The notes beneath the pieces are model-generated. The model was not told the origin of the DNA. It made no database searches and worked only from the letters and a program-made list of their open reading frames with translations. A DNA stretch of 62,384 bases, the filler included. It is 7 parts of 7 records of this genome, joined end to end, with 100 filler letters (N's around TTAATTAATTAA, not from the genome) between each part and the next. Parts side by side here need not be neighbours in the genome. Positions count along the whole stretch, not along the records: positions 52,660 to 62,384 come from SRR2962707_2646; 6 more parts are not named here. One strand, written 5' to 3'. The translations under genes and the position numbers were made by a program. This document shows positions 57,474 to 62,384 of this stretch, in pieces (within the stretch, counting starts at the first letter, position 1; each line of letters begins with the position of its first letter).

Positions 57474-58766
57474 TCAGCGCCAGTGAAATGCGGATTTAGG
57501 GGGGAGCGCGCCGTCTTTGTCCGGAAGGGTGTCCGCGATACGGATGCCTTCGTTCCATTTCACCATACGTTCCGAACGGGCGAACGAACCGACCTTGAGC
57601 TGGGGAGCTCCCCAGCCGACTGCCAGGTGGACGATCGTGCTGTCTTCGGTTTCACCTGAGCGCGCCGAGACGATGCGCCCCATGCCGGCTTTGGCTGCCG
57701 CATCAAAAGCCGCCTTCGCTTCGGTCAGTGTCCCCGCCTGGTTGGGTTTACAGAGCAATGAATTGCAAAGACGGTCCTTGGCGGCGGCCTTTACCCGATC
57801 GGCATTGGTGACGAGGACATCATCGCCCACAACCTGAGCATTGTCTCCAACGGCCCAAGTAAACTTCATCAGGCCGTCCGGGTCGTCTTCGCCCAGTGGG
57901 TCCTCGATGGAGACGATGGGATAGCGTTCCATCCAGTCAACCAGCATCGCGCAGAGCTCTTCACTGCTCATCGTCCTGTCATCCTTGGCGAGCGTGTATT
58001 TTCCGTTTTCACCAAATTCTGATGCCGCGATATCGAGTGAGATTGAAACCTCATTGCCCGGCGTGAATCCGGCACCTTCTATGGCGCGAACAAGCGTTTC
58101 CAGAGCTTCTTCGTTGGTGTCGAAATCGGGCCAGAAGCCTCCTTCATCGGCGACACCGGCAAGTTTGCCGGAATCGGACATGATCCTCCCGGCACTGAGA
58201 TAGACTTCAGCCGTCCAGTCGAGGGCCTGTCGGAAACTGGTTGCACCGGTGGCGATGACCATGAAGTCCTGTACATCGACCCGTCTTGAGGCATGGGCGC
58301 CACCGCCGAAAATCTGAATTTCGGGGAGAGGTAGAGTTACCTCACCATCCGGATTTCCACGAAGATACTGCCAGAGCGGAATTCCTTCGTAAGCGGCGGC
58401 GGCATGAGCAAGAGCCATGCTGGTTGCAACCGTCGCATTTCCGCCCAATCGTTTTTTATTCGGGGTGCCGTCCAATTCAATCATGAACTTATCGAGCCGT
58501 TCCTGCTCACGGACATCCTGGCCTTTGAGAACTTCGGCAATTTCCAGATCGACTGCCTTTGCGGCATTGGTCACGTCCCAGCCACCGAAAGTCTTGCCAC
58601 CGTCCCTGAGGTCAATGGCTTCGAAGCGTCCCCGCGAAGCGCCGGCAGGGGCAATAGCTATGCCTTTGGCTCCACCTTCGAGAAGGACTTCGACCTCAAC
58701 CGTTGGGCGGCCCCGGGAGTCCCAGACCCGCCGGGCGTGGACGTTGTCGATGTTGTATTTGGCCAT
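57474..58766 (-). CDS. Enolase paralogue with an altered active site
   Basis: DSRGRPTVEV, DEGG, SIEDP, GDD, KPNQ present; QDFM replaces QEFM and SARSGETED replaces SHRSGETED. Confidence 0.9.
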   Translation of the reverse strand: MAKYNIDNVHARRVWDSRGRPTVEVEVLLEGGAKGIAIAPAGASRGRFEAIDLRDGGKTFGGWDVTNAAKAVDLEIAEVLKGQDVREQERLDKFMIELDGTPNKKRLGGNATVATSMALAHAAAAYEGIPLWQYLRGNPDGEVTLPLPEIQIFGGGAHASRRVDVQDFMVIATGATSFRQALDWTAEVYLSAGRIMSDSGKLAGVADEGGFWPDFDTNEEALETLVRAIEGAGFTPGNEVSISLDIAASEFGENGKYTLAKDDRTMSSEELCAMLVDWMERYPIVSIEDPLGEDDPDGLMKFTWAVGDNAQVVGDDVLVTNADRVKAAAKDRLCNSLLCKPNQAGTLTEAKAAFDAAAKAGMGRIVSARSGETEDSTIVHLAVGWGAPQLKVGSFARSERMVKWNEGIRIADTLPDKDGALPPKSAFHWR

Positions 58767-58796
58767 GTGCCGTTTCCCCCATGGCGTCGATGCGCC

Positions 58797-59804
58797 TTAT
58801 TGGTTTTTATTCAGATACGCATGCCATGCGTTGTTGATGTCTATCGGATGATCTGAGGGATTTGTCAAAAATTGTCCGGCAATCAGACGGACATGATTCC
58901 TGCTTGTGTCATCTGTGATGTATTCGGCAGGTGACTTTCCGTCAATGCGGGCCAGAAAAAGGCCGGGCAACAGGTGAGCCGAACGCCCTATAACATTTTT
59001 GTCCGTCATTCCTGCAGTTGTGGTTTCGTAAGCCTGGCAGAGTGCATCAAAGCACGCTTTAAATCCGGGCCGGGCGGAAGGTGTCCACAGACATTTCAGA
59101 AGCAGATGGTTCAAACAGAATGCGAGATCAAATGCCGGGTCGCCGTACCATGCGCACTCAGCATCAAGGAAGATCGGCCCTTTAGGTCCGATCAGGATAT
59201 TCTTGGGGCTGACGTCACCGTGAACCAGTGCGACTTTGTTTGCTGCCGTGATTTCGGCGAGCTCGTGTAATCGTTTGCTGACATTCGGGCAGCGTGCGGC
59301 GGTTGCCAGCAGATAAGGCTCAAGCCGGATCGCATGGAAAATGTCATCGGTGTCAAATTTTGCTGAAACGACAGGGTCGTTCTCAGTTTTAGCATGTATC
59401 TGGCCAAGAACGGCGCCGACACTGGCGGCACTTTCGGGTATGGCAATGCCGTCACGGAGTTGCGCCTTCCAGAGCGGTGCTATGTCCGGTTCAAGAAATG
59501 ACATGGCAAACAGGCCTTCTGCCGGATCGTGATACACGACCTTGGGGACAGCATCCGGTGCAATGTCATAAACGGTCTGCATCCAGGCCACTTCGTAGGC
59601 GTTTCTGGCAACAGGTGCCTGCCAGTCATCTGCGACCTTGAGCTTGGCGAGTGCACGCTTCACACAAATTGGACCTGTCGTTAGATCAATGCGCCAAATA
59701 TCCGAACTGACACCGCCTGTCAGTGGGGTGCATATCGGATTAAAATCAGTCTCAAGAAGGTTGGCTGTTCTGAGGGCGTTCAGGATGTCTGTTGGAGAAT
59801 CCAT
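58797..59804 (-). CDS. APH/MtnK-like small-molecule kinase
   Basis: GGVSS, VKRAL, HGDVSPKNIL, DAECAWYGDPAFD. Confidence 0.85.
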   Translation of the reverse strand: MDSPTDILNALRTANLLETDFNPICTPLTGGVSSDIWRIDLTTGPICVKRALAKLKVADDWQAPVARNAYEVAWMQTVYDIAPDAVPKVVYHDPAEGLFAMSFLEPDIAPLWKAQLRDGIAIPESAASVGAVLGQIHAKTENDPVVSAKFDTDDIFHAIRLEPYLLATAARCPNVSKRLHELAEITAANKVALVHGDVSPKNILIGPKGPIFLDAECAWYGDPAFDLAFCLNHLLLKCLWTPSARPGFKACFDALCQAYETTTAGMTDKNVIGRSAHLLPGLFLARIDGKSPAEYITDDTSRNHVRLIAGQFLTNPSDHPIDINNAWHAYLNKNQ

Positions 59805-60566
59805 TTATTCAAACGCAGCCTTTAATTCGGCTGCTGCCCTGTGAAGTTTGTCTACGTGCCCCATGCATTGCTCGAAGCTCATTCTGACGACCGGGCCATG
59901 AGTCGCCAATGTTGCCAGCAATTTACCATTCTTATCTGTTATGGGAACGGCGACAGCGACCATGCCGGGGATGAATTCTTCGTTGTCGGTGCCGATTTTG
60001 CTTTTTGATATCTTATCTGTCGCAGCGATTAACTCGGCAGCATCCGTAATCGTGTTTGCTGATTTCTTTTCCAAGGGCAGTTTGGAGATCAGACGTTCCC
60101 GGCGTGATTTAGGGAGGCTTGAGAGGTACAGCTTGCCGCTTGCCGTGCAATGAAGCGGTACATGAGAACCGGTGGGTAATTGGATACGCAGCGGCCACTC
60201 GGATTCAACCCGCTCCAGGTACTGCATGGATGTGGCCAGCGGCAGGGCAATGTTGCAGGTTTCGCCGATTTCCCTGGTCAAGGCTTCCAATATCGCATGA
60301 CGTTCACCGCGTCCGCTTTGGTTCGATAAAAGCTGCAATGCCAGCTTGGAGAAGCGCTCGCCGGCCTCATACCCACGGCCATTAATATCGCGGCGCAGAT
60401 ATCCTTCTTCGAGCAATAGATTGCAAAGCCGGTGTACGGTCGCTTTCGGAAGTCCGGAGGCCATTTCAATGTCTAGGGCGCTTGCAGGCCGATCCATGCC
60501 ACAAACGACTTCCAGTAGTTCTAGTACCCGAATAGACCGGGAACCTGCATTCGACTCATCTTTCAC
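59805..60566 (-). CDS. IclR family regulator
   Basis: GLPKATVHRL; PLHCTASGKL; DNEEFI.G..AVAVPI. Confidence 0.93.
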   Translation of the reverse strand: MKDESNAGSRSIRVLELLEVVCGMDRPASALDIEMASGLPKATVHRLCNLLLEEGYLRRDINGRGYEAGERFSKLALQLLSNQSGRGERHAILEALTREIGETCNIALPLATSMQYLERVESEWPLRIQLPTGSHVPLHCTASGKLYLSSLPKSRRERLISKLPLEKKSANTITDAAELIAATDKISKSKIGTDNEEFIPGMVAVAVPITDKNGKLLATLATHGPVVRMSFEQCMGHVDKLHRAAAELKAAFE

Positions 60567-60611
60567 GGGATAACCCTTTAAAACGATAGAAAGTGGCTTT
60601 AATTCTCATTT

Positions 60612-60661
60612 ATGGAACACAAGGTTTCATTGTTGCAACTTTTTTGCAAGCTGGTTAGGCT
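60612..60661 (+). promoter_or_regulatory. Putative IclR operator and sigma70 promoter of a probably leaderless GMC gene
   Basis: ATGGAAC-acaag-GTTTCAT; TTGCAA(60633)-N17-TAGGCT(60656); ATG 5 nt later with no SD. Confidence 0.55.
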
Positions 60662-60666
60662 CCAGC

Positions 60667-62334
60667 ATGCAAAACGACGATAACAAATTTGATTATATAA
60701 TAGTTGGCGCAGGTTCGGCAGGCTGTGTTCTGGCGAACCGATTGAGTTCTGACCCGTCCATTCGGGTGTTGTTGCTCGAAGCTGGAGGACGGGATTCAAA
60801 TCCATGGATTCATGTTCCGGTCGGATATTTCAAGACGCTCCATAATCCTAAAACGGACTGGTGTTACAAGACGGACCCAGATCCGGGACTCGGCGGAAGG
60901 CGGCTGGACTGGCCGCGCGGGAAGGTGCTGGGTGGGTCGAGTTCAATAAATGGACTTCTATATATCCGGGGGCAGGCAGAAGATTACGATCACTGGCGGC
61001 AGCTCGGAAACGCAGGATGGTCGCACACGGATATTTTGCCCTATTTCAAGCGTGCCGAAGATCAGGAACGTGGCGGTGATGATTATCACGGATCCGGTGG
61101 CCCCCTGAAGGTTTCCGATATGCGGGCCAAGCGTGATGTCTGTGATGCACTGATTGAAGCTGCCGAGGCAAATGGCATACCACGCAGCAACGATTTTAAC
61201 GGTGCCCGGCAGGAAGGCGCCGGCTATTTCCAGATGACAGCTTATAAAGGCCGGCGCTGGTCAACGGCCGTCGGTTATCTGCGCCCGATCCAGCATCGTA
61301 AAAATCTGCAAATTCTGACCCATGCCCCAGCGATAGAAATTCTTTTTGCTGCCGACAATCCGAAACAGATTTCCGGTTTTGCCTATAAACAGAACGGAAT
61401 ACGGCAAGAAGCCATGCTTCGTGAGGGTGGGGAAGTCATCCTCTCCGCCGGCGCTATCGGATCGCCGCAAATATTGCAGGTCTCCGGTATCGGACCTGCC
61501 GCGTTGCTCACTAAACACGGCGTTGCGGTTAGAAATGATCTGCGTGATGTCGGCGAAAACCTGCAGGATCATCTACAGATACGGATGGTCTATGAGGTCA
61601 ATGTCCCGACATTGAACGATGAAATAAATAATCCCATCCGGCGGACCATGATGGGCCTGGAATACATTCTAAAGCGGACCGGGCCGATGAGCATGGGGGC
61701 TAGTCAGGTCTGCATATTCGCCAAAACGCGACCGGAGATGGATACGCCGGATATCCAGTTCCATTTCCAGCCTCTGAGTGCTGACAAACCGGGTATCAAA
61801 ATGCATTCGTTTTCCGGCGTGACGTCGTCGATTTGTCAGCTGCGCCCGGAAAGCCGCGGGACCATTGCGATTACATCGCCTGATCCAGATGTTTATCCTT
61901 CGATCCGTCCAAACTATCTTTCGGCTGAAAAAGACCAGCAGACGGTCATTGAATCGATCAAGGCTTCAAGGCGCATTTTCAATACCTCACCCCTGAAAGA
62001 ATTTGTGGTGCGTGAACGTCTGCCCGGCCCGGACGTGCAGTCGGACGAAGATATCCTCTCCAGTGCCCGCCAAATTGCACAGACCATCTACCACCCGACC
62101 AGCACGTGCCGCATGGGAGTCGATCCCCATGCCGTTGTGGACCCCCGATTAAAGGTCAACGGCGTAAAGGGACTTCGTGTCGTTGACGCATCCGTCATGC
62201 CGACGATTGTCTCAGGCAACACCAACGCGCCGACGATTATGATCGCGGAAAAAGCATCCGACATGATCCTTGAAGACCGCTTGATCTGCCCCCCCCAAAG
62301 AAAAAGCCGGGTCCCTGAGGACCCGGCGAGTTAG
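60667..62334 (+). CDS. GMC oxidoreductase (choline/alcohol dehydrogenase-like)
   Basis: GAGSAG, RGKVLGGSSSING, NLQDH, YHP, GNTNAP. Confidence 0.95.
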   Translation: MQNDDNKFDYIIVGAGSAGCVLANRLSSDPSIRVLLLEAGGRDSNPWIHVPVGYFKTLHNPKTDWCYKTDPDPGLGGRRLDWPRGKVLGGSSSINGLLYIRGQAEDYDHWRQLGNAGWSHTDILPYFKRAEDQERGGDDYHGSGGPLKVSDMRAKRDVCDALIEAAEANGIPRSNDFNGARQEGAGYFQMTAYKGRRWSTAVGYLRPIQHRKNLQILTHAPAIEILFAADNPKQISGFAYKQNGIRQEAMLREGGEVILSAGAIGSPQILQVSGIGPAALLTKHGVAVRNDLRDVGENLQDHLQIRMVYEVNVPTLNDEINNPIRRTMMGLEYILKRTGPMSMGASQVCIFAKTRPEMDTPDIQFHFQPLSADKPGIKMHSFSGVTSSICQLRPESRGTIAITSPDPDVYPSIRPNYLSAEKDQQTVIESIKASRRIFNTSPLKEFVVRERLPGPDVQSDEDILSSARQIAQTIYHPTSTCRMGVDPHAVVDPRLKVNGVKGLRVVDASVMPTIVSGNTNAPTIMIAEKASDMILEDRLICPPQRKSRVPEDPAS

Positions 62335-62384
62335 ACAGGGAGAGAAGTCTCGGGGAGAGACTAGAAGCATCCTCAACATACCCA
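62297..62384 (-). ncRNA. Candidate anti-SD sRNA 3' part (suhB/MmgR-like), truncated by the window end
   Basis: AGTCTC-TCCCC-GAGACT, TCTCTCCC, then terminator GCCGGGTCC-tcag-GGACCCGGC-TTTTTCTTT. Confidence 0.5.

Noticed and set aside
57474-58766. Calling the enolase the housekeeping eno
   Set aside because: Active-site substitutions and catabolic context; no kdsA/ftsB neighbours.
60667-62334. Calling the GMC enzyme betA
   Set aside because: No betB/betI context; generic GMC motifs do not define the substrate.

Overview
The window is not one locus. It is a concatenation of seven unrelated alphaproteobacterial contigs joined by artificial 100-nt linkers (N44-TTAATTAATTAA-N44), so no gene neighbourhood crosses a linker. 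(1) 1-8524, Rhodobacteraceae-like: ybaB, dnaX, fatty-acid desaturase, mcd, TSUP, an orphan ORF, partial pckA. (2) 8625-15269: taurine/C2-sulfonate catabolism (TRAP, xsc, tauR, partial tpa). (3) 15370-25900: LysR-azoR-pirin, RidA, a solitary flgG with a sigma54/IHF/ftr-like promoter, dacB, MFS, DUF6356/Lrp, VOC, HAD. (4) 26001-32871: part of an aryl-polyene/xanthomonadin-type type II FAS/PKS cluster. (5) 32972-43424: tRNA-Arg fragment, LacI, YcaQ-like glycosylase, DUF1045-phnF-degenerate phnM, a candidate sRNA, then a lower-GC AGE-epimerase/TRAP island ending in an integrase remnant. (6) 43525-52559, Devosia-like: a palindrome array, an acidic OmpA protein and a small membrane protein each preceded by a sigma-EcfG promoter, an SRPBCC/regulator/beta-propeller module bracketed by a 22-bp inverted motif, and the rpoD 3' end. 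(7) 52660-62384: REP-like repeats, DsbA-like protein, racemase, cNMP protein, an IclR-kinase-atypical enolase-EamA-GFA unit divergent from a GMC oxidoreductase, and a candidate sRNA. Best candidates for undescribed biology: (a) the kinase plus altered enolase (E168D/H373A) catabolic unit; (b) the SRPBCC-regulator-propeller module whose putative operator lies inside the regulator's own 3' coding end. All family assignments come from motif recognition; no database searches were run.
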